A DNA stretch of 64,000 nucleotides, taken from contig OX597819.1 of the NCBI GenBank assembly GCA_951406725.2, positions 131,688,001-131,752,000 on the forward strand, given 5' to 3'. This document shows positions 1-12,380 of this stretch, piece by piece (position 1 is the stretch's first letter; every line of letters begins with the position of its first letter). Below the pieces are notes generated by a model, which had not been told where the DNA came from, did no database searches, and saw nothing but the letters and a program-made list of their open reading frames with translations. This DNA is from Octopus vulgaris (lineage: Eukaryota). The translations under genes were made by a program, and so were the position numbers.

Positions 1-1543
1 GCCCCCTTTTATTCATCATAGTCCTCCAGGCAATAACAGAAGAATTCAAAACAGGTTGCCCCTGGGAGCTCCTCTATGCTGATGACCTGGCTCTCATAGC
101 AGAATCACTACCGGAACTAGAAAAGAAATTTCGGGTGTGGAAACAAGGGTTAGAATCAAAGGGCCTTAGAGTCAATGTAGCAAAGACCAAAGTTATAGTA
201 AGCAGAAAGGCGAACTCAGCACACACCCACTCAGGCAGGTGGCCCTGCTCGATCTGTAGGAAAGATGTAGGTAGAAACTCCATAAGATGCACCAAGTGTA
301 AGCTATGGACGCATAAGAGGTGTAGCAACATTAAAGGGAAATTAACTGATAAGATAGCTTTCATGTGCAGCAGATGCACAGGGACAATAGACACCACAAA
401 TACTCAGAAAACAGATTCCATCACACTCCAGGGGGAGAAACTAGAAGTAGTTGATAGTTTCCGCTACCTGGGTGACCAAGTTAGTAGTGGAGGTGGATGC
501 TCAGAGAGTGTCACCACTAGAATACGAATAGCCTGGGCAAAGTTTAGAAAGCTCCTACCCCTACTGGTGACAAAGGGTCTCTCACTCAGAGTGAAAGGTA
601 GATTGTATGATGCATGTGTGCGAACTGCCATGCTTCACGGTAGTGAAACATGGGCCGTGACTGCAGACTTGAAAGAAATGAAGCTAGCATGATCCGCTGG
701 ATGTGTAATGTCAGTGTGAATGCACGACAGAGTGTAAGCACCCTGAGAGAAATGCTGGACATAAGAAGCATCAGATGTGGTGTGCAAGAGCGACGCCTGC
801 GATGGTATGGTCATGTACTGCGGATGGATGAGGAGAGATGTGTGAAGAAGTTCCGCTCCCAAACAGTTGAAGGAATCAGGGGAAGAAGTAGACCCAGGAA
901 GACATGGGATGAGGTAGTCAAGCATGACCTCAGAGTGTTGGGCCTCACTGAGGCAATGTCGAAGGACCGAGATCTCTGGAGATGTGCTGTGACTGCAAAG
1001 ACCCGGGATGCTTCCGGCACCAGTTCCGCATAGCCCCTGCCCATTCAAAATACCTTGGGTCCCAGAACATCTCGTTGTGCTTGAGGAGACCTGTTGAGTC
1101 AAGTGCATGTACATGAACAACGAAACAAATATCAATGGAAATAGTAGTTGTGATACCTGTGCCGGTGGCACATAAAAAGCACCATCCGAACATGGCCGAT
1201 GCCAGCGCCGCCTCGGCTGGCTTCTGTGCCAGTGGAACATAAAAAGCACCATCCGAACGTGGCCGATGCCAGCTCCGCCTTGGCTGGCTTCCGTGCTGGT
1301 GGCATGTTAAAAGCACCAACCGATCGTGGCTGATGCCAGACACCCCCCTGGCACCTGTGCAGGTGGCACGTAAAAAGCACCCACTACACTCGCGGAGTGG
1401 TTGGCATTAGGAAGGGCATCCAGCCGTAGAAACACTGCCAGATCAGACTGGAGCCTGGTGCTGCCCCTGGCTTCCCAGACCCCAGTCGAACCGTCCAACC
1501 CATGCTAGCATGGAAAGCAGACATTAAACGATGATGATGATGA
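1..1543 (+). mobile_element. RTE-clade non-LTR retrotransposon, 3' part (RT C-terminus, 3' UTR, (GAT)n tail); runs off the left edge
   Basis: The frame from nt 3 reads PLLFIIVLQAITEEFKTGCPWELLYADDL...KVNVAKTKV...FRYLG...RIRIAWAKF...LHGSETW, and after a frameshift ERRLRWYGHVLR...RPRKTW...DRDLWR. The 3' UTR has tandem units, the RTE-type motif GGCATTAGGAAGGGCATCCAGCCGTAGAAAC and a GAT-repeat end. Confidence 0.93.
3..1033 (+). pseudogene. Frameshifted RTE ORF2 (reverse transcriptase with internal PHD-type zinc finger)
   Basis: YADD lies at 75-86 and CSIC-x10-CTKC-x4-H-x2-C-x14-CSRC at ~246-378. The frameshift near 668 corresponds to a 13-nt deletion relative to the homologous fragment at ~21681-21770. 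Confidence 0.88.
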
Positions 1544-2022
1544 TACATATATAAACACATACACTCCACATTACTAGCAAATACTATTTTAAAATTAATG
1601 AATTTAATTTACTCCATGTATGTGTGTGTATGTATGTATGTATATGTGTGTATCTATGTGTGTATCTATGTATGTGTGTGTATGTCTATGTATGAATGAA
1701 TGTATGTATGCAGATGTGTGTATGCATGTAATCAAGTCATGTCATATTATGAAGCAACCATATTTCTCCACCATTAAATATCTGTGTGGTTTATTTATAA
1801 TACCTTTGGAATGCCTCTCACAACAATGAGTGACCCAAATAAACTGTTTCACTTCTGCTATTTTCTCAGCAGCAAATTAATTTCCATTGAAAGTAACTAA
1901 AAACCTCTAACACGGAAGGACTATACGACAAACACACAGACACACGCAAGCACACATACACACATTCATATCTATCCGTCCATCCATCCATCCATCTACC
2001 CCATCAATCTGAACATGTAGAT

Positions 2023-2076
<54 letters not shown>

Positions 2077-3454
2077 TGTGTGTGTATGTATGTAATGTAA
2101 GATAGATACATAGTTATCACTGTGTGTATATGTGCTTTTTAGCAGGAGTGGGGTTATGCGATACATGTGTGTGTGTGTGCGTGTGTGTGTGTAGGTGTAG
2201 AAACAAGTAGGAGATAAGTCACTGCTGGGATCATTTTTCATTTCTGATGCCATATCATATCTTTCAGTTCCTCGCTGCCTACCACGCCCACCACCTCAAA
2301 CACGCTCTGTCACCTCAAAGGTTGTTGCTTATGATGATAGAAGCTAATAGCAGAAAACATCTACCTTTCCCTTCCACCTGCTTCACCCCACTCCACCCCA
2401 CCCCACCCCCACCCTAACTCAATTTACTTAATGTAAAAAAAATCACTATTTATTTTCAGTTTTGGCAACAGTTCAACTATTATCTCTTTAAAACTTAACA
2501 GGTGGGAGAGACGAAGAGGCAGGTGGGAGAGACGAAGAGGAAGGCTGAAGTAAACCTCAATGGCTTTTCTCATTTATATATTTTTCATCTTAAAAGTGAG
2601 TCTCCTCCTCTATGAAAAACATGTGCATCATTATTACGTTGAATTTTGAATCGCATTCGAGAATAGTAAAAATATTATTGTAGTGCAACATTGAATTATA
2701 CCTGCCTGATTCTCCGTTATATTAGTCTAAGAGACATGCTCTGCTTTAACGTGTTTATTCAACTGTTATCTCATCTATTTGTAAAATGAAGAGAACACCT
2801 ATGGAAATGCAAACTTATATAAGATGTCTTGCTGTGTTGAAATGGTTGTCAGAGCGATTGCACATTCTGGCAAGGAAGATTGATGTCTACCAAATATCTC
2901 TCGACTTCTTTAGTTACACAAATATGAGAATATTTTTTTTAGTTTTATTTTATTTTCTTGCATTTTAGTGTGTGTGTGTGTGGGGGCGGATAGAATCCAT
3001 GTTAGTTGCCTTTGTAGACATTTCTCCTATAGTGGCAAAGTCAATGGGGTGGATTTTCAGCTTTAATTTTTGCATCTTGTTGCCTGGATTGAAAATATGG
3101 TCAAGAAGTCATCATCATCTTTTCAATGTCTGCTTTTCCATGCTTGCAGGAGTCAGACAGCATTTATTGGGGCAGATTTTTTACAGCTGGATGCTCTTCC
3201 TGTTGCCAACTCTCACCTGTTTCCAAGCAAGGAAATATTTTTTTCCATGGCCAGACATGTTTTTGCAGTAGATTGGAAATGAATGCCACTGTTTATATGA
3301 TAGTGATACTCATTTACAAATATCACATCAAGACCAGGAGACACATACAGTCACACATACATACAAATTAAAGTATATATCTTAATGTTTATTTTTATGT
3401 TAAGTTATATATAAAAACAATTCAGCATTAAACTTTTTAATAAAGTATATGTTT

Positions 3455-3723
3455 ATTGCAGTGTAGAAGGTGTTTATAAGCCATTTAAAAAAATACACAA
3501 AAACTGTTAGATTCACTTCAACATTTAAATTTAATTTGTCAAAATCTTTTTGTCGCTTTGAAACTGCAGCTGTTCACAGACAAAATTTCATGCTGCATCA
3601 GGGAACAGGTCACAGATTGAAAATGATGGAAATATTTTGACACAAATTAAATTTAAATGTTGAAGTGAATCTAAGGGTTTTTGTGTTTCTTAAATGGCTT
3701 ATAAACACCTTCCACACTGCAAT
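3455..3723. repeat. Fold-back inverted repeat (~125-bp arms), probable Penelope-like element remnant
   Basis: ATTGCAGTGTAGAAGGTGTTTATAAGCCATTTAA... is mirrored by ...TTAAATGGCTTATAAACACCTTCCACACTGCAAT. The inner part has a degenerate hammerhead-like layout. Confidence 0.7.
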
Positions 3724-4372
3724 TGCTCTTGTTTCAGTACACCATCTCAGATCATATCACTTGCTATGCAAGTACATCTCCGTAATATATGTTTATTAAA
3801 CTTTTAAAAGAAGAATGCTGACAGTGACTTTGAAGTTTCCACCTGCTAGCCTTCACTGGATGTAGGAAGTGGATAGGAAGAAAGCATATTTGTAGGGTGT
3901 CGATTGATAGGAAGATATTGCTGAGCGATTTTGTCAGGTTTGAAGCAGGAATTGTATAATTGTTGAGTCAAGTGTGGAAATAACTTTGTACATAGGGGTT
4001 TCCATTTTAGAAGTGTCAGGCTCATCTTCTACCCCAACTGCCTAACAATTCATTCACTCCCCATACATACAGCAAGCCTACTCACAATTTCACATAGCTC
4101 CCAGAAAAACAACTTGCTAAAGAATATATAAAGCAACAAGGAACCCAACTTTACAGTCATTCAGCAAAGGTTATCAAGTAGAAACTTCAAAGATCTGGCC
4201 AAACCGTCCAACCAACCCATGCCAGCATGGACAACAGATGTTAAATGATGAAGATGATGAATTTATTGGTGAAAATGAATATATTAATTAAATGATTGAT
4301 TCAGAGGAAATGTATTATTCATTCTCCTGGTTTGTGTTACCAACCAATTGTCTTTGTGAAGGAGGTTGTATC

Positions 4373-6075
4373 TCTTTTACTCTTTTACTTGTTTCAGTCA
4401 TTTGGACTGCGGCCATGCTGGAGCACTGCCTTTAATCAAGCAACTCGACTCCAGGACTTATTCTTTTTGTAAGCCCAGTACTTATTCTATCGGTCTCTTT
4501 TGCCGAACCGCTAAGTAACGGGGACATAAACACACCAGCATCGGTTGTCAAGCAATGCTAGGGGGACAAACGAGACACACAAACCCACTCACACACACAC
4601 ATATATATATGAGGGGCGTTCAATAAGTAATGCCCCTGACCCACTTCCCATAGCAGTAGAGCAACGAAACTTGGAACAGTTATTAGTCTTTTTCTACATA
4701 GGAACCACCCAGAGTCACGCATTTCTCCCATCGTTTGATGCAGCTCTGAAGACCGTTTTTGTAGAAGACCCCAGCTTGGTCCTCCAACCACGACGTGACT
4801 TCAGAAATCAAGGCCGCATCATCTGGGAAACGCTTTCCTTTCAAAAACAACTTCATGGCTGGGAAGAGGGGAAAATCAGAGGGTGCAAGGTCAGGAGAGT
4901 AGGAGGGATGGGGGATGAGTTCATAGCCGCACACCCGTGCTTCTGATCTGGCGATACGCGAGTTGTGGATCGGAGCGTTGTCCTGCAGGAGGAGGATGCC
5001 TTTGCTGATCTTGCCCCGCCTCTTGATTTTGATAGCTTCTCTTAATTTCCTCAAAAGTGAAGCATAATAGACTCCTGTAATTGTGGCACCCTTTGCCAGG
5101 AAATCTGTCTTCACTACTCCGTCCTGGTCCCAGAAGACTGTAAGCATGACCTTGCCAGCGGAGGGCTGCACCCTTGCCTTCTTTGGAGGAGGTGAGTCAC
5201 GGTGCTTCCACTGCATTGACCGGGCTTTGGTCTCTGGATCATAGTGATGGACCCAGGTTTTATCCTATGCAATCAGTCTTTTGAAAAATTTTGACTCATC
5301 TTCTTGGCACATCTCCAAATTCATCCTCGAGCAATCGACGCGTTCTTGCTTCTGGAAAGGTGTGAGCAACCTGGGAATCCATCTGGCAGACACCTTTTGC
5401 ATATGCAAATGGTCATGAATGATAGTTTCCACAGACCCGGTACTAATCTTGACCTCGTGGGCTATTTGGCGAATAGTTATGCGTCGATCTTCCAAAATGG
5501 CAGCCTCAACTTGACAGACAGATGCCTGATCAATGGCAGAAGGGGGCGACCAGATCTGGGAACTGTTTCCACAGAGTTCCGACCATGTTTGAATTCACGA
5601 TGCCAGCGTTTTACAAGGTCATATGATGGGGCATCATCACCATAAGTTACTTTCATTCCATCAAAGGTCTCCCGTGGTGTGCGTCCTTTCAAATACAAAA
5701 ACCAGATCACTGCTCGACACTCAACATGCTCCATTTCACACTTGACTCAGTTCAAACACCTGTAAATCGGAAACCACAATTAGTTCAGAGCTGTAATTTG
5801 CCACTTAATTTATAGAGATATAAATAATTGCACATGCCAAATTTCAGCTAGACCAAACAACTGCAAGTGGGTCAGAGGCATTACTTATTGAACGCCCCTT
5901 GTATATACATATATACGACAGGCTTCTTTCAGTTTCTGTCTACCAAATCCACTCACAAGGCATTGGTTGGCCCGGGGCTACAGCAGAAGACACTTGCCCA
6001 AGATGCCACGCAGTGGGACTGAACCCGGAACCATGTGGTTGGTAAGCAAGCTACTTACCACACAGCCACTCCTGT
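4373..6075 (-). mobile_element. tRNA-derived SINE (family A, internal TA/CA microsatellite), split by a mariner insertion
   Basis: Segments 4373-4609 and 5902-6075 join to give the same sequence as the intact copies at 15902-16318 and 40720-41114. Confidence 0.9.
4610..5901 (-). mobile_element. Full-length mariner (Tc1/mariner) DNA transposon, 1292 bp, transposase pseudogenised
   Basis: TIRs of ~37 bp (4610-4646 TGAGGGGCGTTCAATAAGTAATGCCCCTGACCCACTT and 5865-5901) with TA at both flanks. Transposase motifs WIPRLL, (stop)DKTWVHHYDPE, QDNAPIH and YSPDLAPSDF occur in three pieces broken by a frameshift and a stop. Confidence 0.96.
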
Positions 6076-6250
6076 GTATGTGTAGCTTATTGACCAATGT
6101 ATGGACTGAGCTGCTCTGTCACCTTTTTGCAAAGAGCATGCCAGCCAAGGGTTTCATCTTACATCAGGGTCCCTGACTCTAATCAATTATTTGCCATGCA
6201 GTGGTTCTTGCTCCCATTTCTCCTTCGTGTATGGGGTAGGGGTTGACTGG

Positions 6251-6657
6251 TTACATTTCTTGTTTTGCCGCATCTTGTTCTGGTTCATCTAACTGCACAT
6301 CCCAAACGTATATTTTTACCTTCTTTTCATCACTGAGTGTAGTATTTTGGTATCTTTGTGTTTCGGAATCAGCTTTAACATCCAGTTGTTTGCTTGCTGC
6401 AGAAAGTCTCCCATCATTGCAATTTTCAACGAGAGTTGAGATTGTATCAACCCCTGATTGCCTTCCTTGTTCACGGGGTCTCTGCAGTCTGTCTGCTTTT
6501 GAACGATGCATTTGATACATTGTCATCTGCTTTCGGGTTTCGTCATCAACTTTGTTGATCTCAGAGAGGAACCAACTTCTAACAGTGAAACGGTAGTTGA
6601 TTACAAGCATGGCAAACGTGTTCATGGCCTCAGTTTTGTTTCTGGCATTCAACTTAG
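6251..6657 (-). mobile_element. Fragment of an R4/Dong-like non-LTR retrotransposon ORF
   Basis: LNARNKTEAMNTFAMLVINY...W...VDDETRKQMTMYQMH..KADRL..PREQG resembles the post-RT region of R4-clade elements. Confidence 0.65.
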
Positions 6658-6667
6658 TTTATTTATG

Positions 6668-6856
6668 CTGGTGCCATGTAAAAAGCACCCAGTACACTCT
6701 GTAAAATGGTTGGCATCAGGAGGAGCATCCAGTCATAGAAACCCTGCCAAAACAGACAATTAGAGCTTGGTGCAGCCCTCCAGCTTGCCAGCTCCTGTCA
6801 AACCGTCCAACCCATGCCAGCATGGAAAACAGGTGTTAAATGATGATGATAATGTT
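6668..6856 (+). mobile_element. 5'-truncated RTE 3'-tail copy
   Basis: GTAAAAAGCACCC...GGCATCAGGAGGAGCATCCAG...CCCATGCCAGCATGGAAAA...GATGAT, homologous to 1360-1543. Confidence 0.8.
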
Positions 6857-7412
6857 GATGGTTGTTGTTGTTGTAACTTTCGAGGCCAGTATGTATTTTT
6901 AAATGACCCTCCTTACAGGAAGTCAGTTGGAGTTAAGTATGTAGCTGTTTAACTTGCTATGGAATTTATGGAGGCCTCCACCCTTCAACTGGTATGTCAT
7001 AGTAACACTAAGCAGTGACTCAGAACATCCAAATGAATAATAGGTGTAGGTGTTTATAGCTAAGCCAAAGCTACCACACTGATTTAAAAGCTGCTGCCGT
7101 CAGCATTTTCCTGAAGACATTCTCAGCATGACCAAAAAGAGATCCAGCAATTTCTTTTTACCTCTCACCAATTTCATTTGTTGGTGATGGTGGTAAAGTT
7201 TGGTCTCTCTTTGAATGATTCATTTTGCTTTATTTAATCTGTTACCTGGTTTAACAACACCACCACCTAGCACTTGGGTACCTTTAGCAGAGTCCACTCT
7301 GTTGTAATAAACTCTGTTGTAAGCAGGGGTCTCTGGCCTTTGTTACCTTCTTCCAATCGGCCACAAAGGTCCTGAAAATAATCACGGATGCTTTCTTTCC
7401 TCGTCTAAGCCA

Positions 7413-7600
7413 TTAACCTCTTATCATTTGATTGTGATTGCTTATTCATTCTCATAGCTTCAGGATTTTGATGATGTGGATGTTTATTTTTAGAATGACA
7501 TTGTAGGCTAGGCATGAAGGGCCGAATCTAGCCATTTTGACCATGAAGCAGGCAGAATAAATGGCCAGGGTATGGCCAGTTTGAATGCTAATGGGTTTAA
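7413..7600. mobile_element. Degenerate MITE with TTAA-CCC.../...GGG-TTAA-type ends (piggyBac-like)
   Basis: TTAACCTCTTATCATTT ... AATGCTAATGGGTTTAA. Related sequence occurs at ~25305-25366 and ~44745-44957. Confidence 0.5.
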
Positions 7601-9091
7601 CAAATACACAGAGACACGATTCTACATGTGCCTTGCTACTTTTCCTCTGTCCCTGATCTGATCTTGTGCCCAGGAATCCTGTTAAAAGAGTCTCATTTGC
7701 ATGTTTGCTGGGTGTAGTGTTGCTCTACATCCTCCAGGTTTTATTATTAACCCAAGCAGGCCCGGAGTACTTACTGCAAAATAATTGACACTGCTTAGAA
7801 TGTTTAGCTAATCAGTGGTTGCGAAGGCCACAATCTACCAATTGACACCACAGTGTATATATTTATTTATCTAGCAAAGACAGGAATGGGGAAGAGATGT
7901 GGTGGGGTATGGACAGGGTGTGTGGGGGTGGCTACAAAAGAAGCTTCTTCAACTGCTGTTTGTTGCATTAAGACAATTCAAAGAGGAATGATGTAAACAA
8001 GGATTCCACAGGAGAAATGGAAACAGGAATAGGAATTATAGAAACAAAAATAAAAGAAATAAATATTAAAACAAAAATAAAAAAAACAAAATCAGTATAA
8101 AAAAAAACCCACTAAAAAAATTACTGTCAGTAGCAAAAAATTTGCTTGAGTGGGAAGTTAATGGTGATATGTCTTGTCTCTGACCTGGCTGAGAGGAGAG
8201 GGAGAGAGAAGGGTTGGTGGGAGGAGAGAAAGAGAATGTAAGAAGGAAAGGGAGAGGATAGAAGGGAAGATCTTTCTTACTTTATTTTATCCTTTTTTTT
8301 TTTCCTCCTCATTTCTTTGGAATAATTATAAAGAGAAAGAGGCAAGAAATGTGGAGGAAAGTAGGCGGATGATTTAACGATATTTTCTTATTGTAGTTTG
8401 CATTGGCAACATTCTGCATTCATATGGAGGAGACTATAAAACAAGTTGTGCGCTGGATGTGTGTATAATAACAATAGACACTATTTAAGCAGTGGTATTT
8501 GCATAGATGTTGGGCTGCCTGCCTTGCACTTTTTTCATATATCTAGGTCAGGCCTGAGTGGACAAAGCTGTGTGTTATGTTAAAAAGACTGACAAAACCT
8601 TATCAGATCCATTATGGTAACCCTCCCCCCCCCCGGTCCAGTTGAATGACTTAATAAAAATCCCCCACTGCATTCGTATTACTTTTCTAATTGGTTTGTT
8701 ACTGTTGTTGTTGTTGTTGTTGCAGTTGCTGAAAGCATTGCAAGGGAAGTATTTGAATGTAAAACTATTCAGCTATTCTCTCCACCTCCACCCCCTACCA
8801 CCACCACCACCACTCTGCTTAAACTACATTTATATAAATACTAACCAACCTATTATTGAAAAGGAAGTCTCTTCTTGAAATTCAAGTCAAAACAATTCAT
8901 ACCCTCGGCTTTGTTTATTATTGGTTTTCTGTTATGTAACTCAATCTGAAAGTTTGTCTTGGGAATAAGAACAGCACAGCACACTTTTTCTCTCTCTCTC
9001 TTCATAGGTATCTTCTGAAATAGTTTGTCAGGTAAACAATACTTTTAGACTTTCTTTATATTTACTTTAACACCAGTTGGCAGCAATTGGT

Positions 9092-9140
<49 letters not shown>

Positions 9141-10249
9141 GTAGTAACCAACATATGTGATGGATATATTTATTTACCTTTGAAAAGGAGGTGTTTGAAT
9201 ATTTTCATATCATTTATAGCTTATCATTGATATTTTATTCAATATCATTGATATCATATTACATTTTCATTGTTGTTATCATCCTCATTTAACATCAATC
9301 TCTTGTGCTGGCATGGATTGGAGGACCCAACCAGATCTGATGATCCAGGAAACTGCTAAACTCCAATGTCAGCTTTGGTATGGTTTCTATGACTGGATGC
9401 CCTTCCTAATGCCTACCACCTGTGAAGTCATTAAGTAACTTGCAAAACAAAGACCCCTTGACTGAGTAGGTGTGCAGTGTTGAGGGAGATGGCTTTGTAC
9501 TAGATGATGATATAGAGAACAGATGTCTTGATGTAGAGGAGATATATGGCTGCCCAAAGGATGTGGTGATAATGTATCAGAGCTTACCTTCAAAGAACAA
9601 AGTAACAGATGGTTAGAGTGGAGATACAATGAATGGTGAACAGGGTTGGAGATGTGATCAATAATGAATCTCAGTTTAGGGGTGGAATGTAAAGGAAAAT
9701 AGGGAGTGGGTCAGAGAGGAAGAGATGGTAGGTGGAAGTTCATAAATAGGGGAAGTGGAGAGATGAGAAACAGGGAAATGATGTGAAGTTGGAGCAAGTG
9801 GTAGAGAGAGAGAGAGAGAGAGAGATGCACAGTGACAGAAGTGGAGGTCAGAGGTTAATAGGGGTGGATATAGTGAGTGACAAAGTTTGGGGTTGTGTTA
9901 ATGGCAGATATGAAAGGGTGTTCAGAGGAAAGAGTATTCAGTGGAAAAAAGGTGATAAAGGATGATATTGAACAATGGTAGAGGTAACAGAAAGAGGTTA
10001 CAAGGAGAGAGATAACTAGCAGCAGGAAATGGGAAAGAAATACCTGTGGTTCTACTCTCAGCAACTGAACAAACAGTGCCATAGTTAGAAGAGTGATGAA
10101 GGGATGGGTGTTAAGAAGCCGAGTCATGGAGAAGGTTTGATATGGACCGACTGGGTGGGTGTAAGGGCATAAATATAAATGGTATGCTTTTAGGAGCTCA
10201 TTTTTTTTTACTGAGATAGTTGGGTCTTCTCCTCAAGTGCAGCAAATCA

Positions 10250-10710
10250 CCCCTCATCTTAGTCCTCTTTCATCTCCTCCATGAGGCTTAACATCCTGTT
10301 GTCGATCTTCACTACTTCATTCTGCATCTTCTTGTGTCCCCCTCTTCTGCATTTAGCTGTCCTCATCCATATGCATCACGTACTAGTGATGCATACAACA
10401 TCTGATGCCTCTTATGACCAATTTTTCTCTCAGCTCATTTGCACTTTGTTAAACATGCACAGTGACATTGTACATCCAGTGGAATTTTAGTTTCATTACT
10501 TTCTAGTTTGTGCAAGTCCTCTGCGTTTGTGACCTACATTTCACTACTAAATAGTATTGCAATTCATACACAAGCATCATACAATTAACCTTTCATCTGA
10601 GATAGAAACCTTCTGTTACCAACAGTAGCTCTGTAAATTTTCTCCTGATGGTTCCTATTCTAGCAACTATACTTTCTGAGCGTTCTCCACCATTGCTAAT
10701 TAGGTCATCT
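10250..10710 (-). mobile_element. Old degenerate RTE ORF2 fragment
   Basis: The minus strand retains RIGT..KF.ELL.VTEG, KLYDAC, IRCC and HMDEDS-like remnants homologous to 520-930. Confidence 0.65.
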
Positions 10711-10859
10711 CAGTCAGTGCTTCTCAAACTATCTGATGTGACGTACCGACAGTTTTTTTTTTTCAATGTGCCAGGGACCAGCAATATTTCTTAGTAATAT
10801 CAATATATATCAGAAACAATATAATATAATGAATATAATAAAAGTTGACAATTTTTTTT

Positions 10860-12380
10860 ATCTTATATCTGATATTGATGTAAGAGAAGTGAACGAAGTT
10901 GATTCCCAACATAAAATCTTGGACATAATCTTCACTGCCTCTGACATCATAACAGTAATAAATGAGGTCAATGGTTAATGGTTCGCGGTCCGACGTCTCC
11001 AGTGCGAGCAGTGGTGTGCCTCAAGGTTCAGTGCTTGGGCCCTTATTGTTCTTAGTCTTCATAAATGACTTGCCCGACGACCTCACGCAACACACCCTTC
11101 TATTTGCCGACGATATCAAACTGGTCGCTCCTCGCGGTGATATAGAGGATCTTCGTCGATGCCTCCACCAAATTTGGAAGTGGTCTAACGAATGGGACCT
11201 GTGTCTGAACGTGTCAAAGTGCTGTCATCTGCCTGTTGGCTCTCCTCCTGCAACTCAACTTGATTTCGAGCCGGGTCGTCAGTTGCTGGAGAGGACCGAT
11301 CAGGTAAAGGACCTGGGTATCTTGGTGGATTCCTCCTTTTCGCCTTCGGCCCAGTGTGTCCATGCTGCCAACAAAGCACGCGGAATTCTGTTCTTGATTC
11401 GACGGTCATTCGGAATGCTTACAGCAGCCATATTCCTACCACTCTATGTCACGCTGGTGAGACCCATATTGGAGTACGGGATTCAAGCCTCTTCTCCTTA
11501 TCTCCTCAAAGACATACAGCATCTCGAAAGAGTCCAGAAGCTGGCTACCCGCATGGTTCATGGTCTCAAAAATTTGTCCTATGAAGAAAGGCTGAGGACG
11601 CTCGACCTTTATTCTCTTGAAAAACGCCGCCGCCGTGGTGATCTCATTCTCGCCCACAACATCATAAGCGGAAAGTGTAACCTCTCGAAAGAGCTGTTCT
11701 TCACTCCTGCTCCAGAGCGTCGGCTGCGGGGTCATTCCGAAAAGCTCTACCTGCGATGATTTCATCTCAATCGAAGGAGAGGAGCTTTCTCCGTCTGGGT
11801 TGCGGATCCGTGGAACAAGCTGCCAGACGAGATGGTGAAGATGCCGACGACCGCTTTGTTCAAAGCCTCCCTTGACCTCAAGTGGCCTGAACTCTTTACA
11901 TGAACACCACCCTGTACTTAACTCCATGTCCCCCTACATGGCCTTGCTATTTGCTTTTGAGCCAAATTAACTAACTAACTAACTAAGGTCAAGTATTATT
12001 CTGCTGTAGGCCCTGATAGATTCCCCGTTAGTCTCCTGAAGGAATGTAGACACCTACTTGTAGTCCCTCTGACCAACCTCTGGAGAAATTCTTTAGACTC
12101 GGGTTATATACTGAAACAGCTCCTATCCCAGTCTGTCATCCCAGTTTTCAAACAGGGAAACAGATCCCTCACAGTCAACTATCGCCCAATCTCACTCTTA
12201 AAGTGTTTGAAAGAGTGGTAAGATCAAGGATAGCTGACTTCCTGGAGACCCACAAACTCCTAAATGCAAATCAGCATGGCTTTCACTGTGGCAGGGACTG
12301 CCTAACACAGAACTCTTTCACCACATTGAAGATATACTTAAAGCCTTGGGAACAGGTTCGAATTCTGATGTCATCAGCTA
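10860..12380 (+). mobile_element. Older LINE (CR1/L2/Jockey group) ORF2 fragment interrupted by a younger LINE
   Basis: Removing the insert restores ...DIIFTASDIITVINEVK/YYSAVGPDRFPVSLLKEC...VIPVFKQGNRS..VNYRPISL...KVFERVV...NQHGF, the typical N-terminal RT region. Confidence 0.8.
10972..11985 (+). mobile_element. Young 5'-truncated CR1-group LINE with (CTAA)n tail
   Basis: SGVPQGSVLGPLLFLVFIND, LFADD, KDLGI, LVRPILEY, LERVQKLAT and RRRRGDLI. There is one internal TGA at 11757 (likely from CGA) and the natural stop at 11901-11903. The TSD AGGTCAA lies at 10965-10971 and 11986-11992. Confidence 0.93.

Noticed and set aside
2500-2540. 21-bp tandem duplication AGGTGGGAGAGACGAAGAGG
   Set aside because: Ordinary slippage duplication with no further structure.
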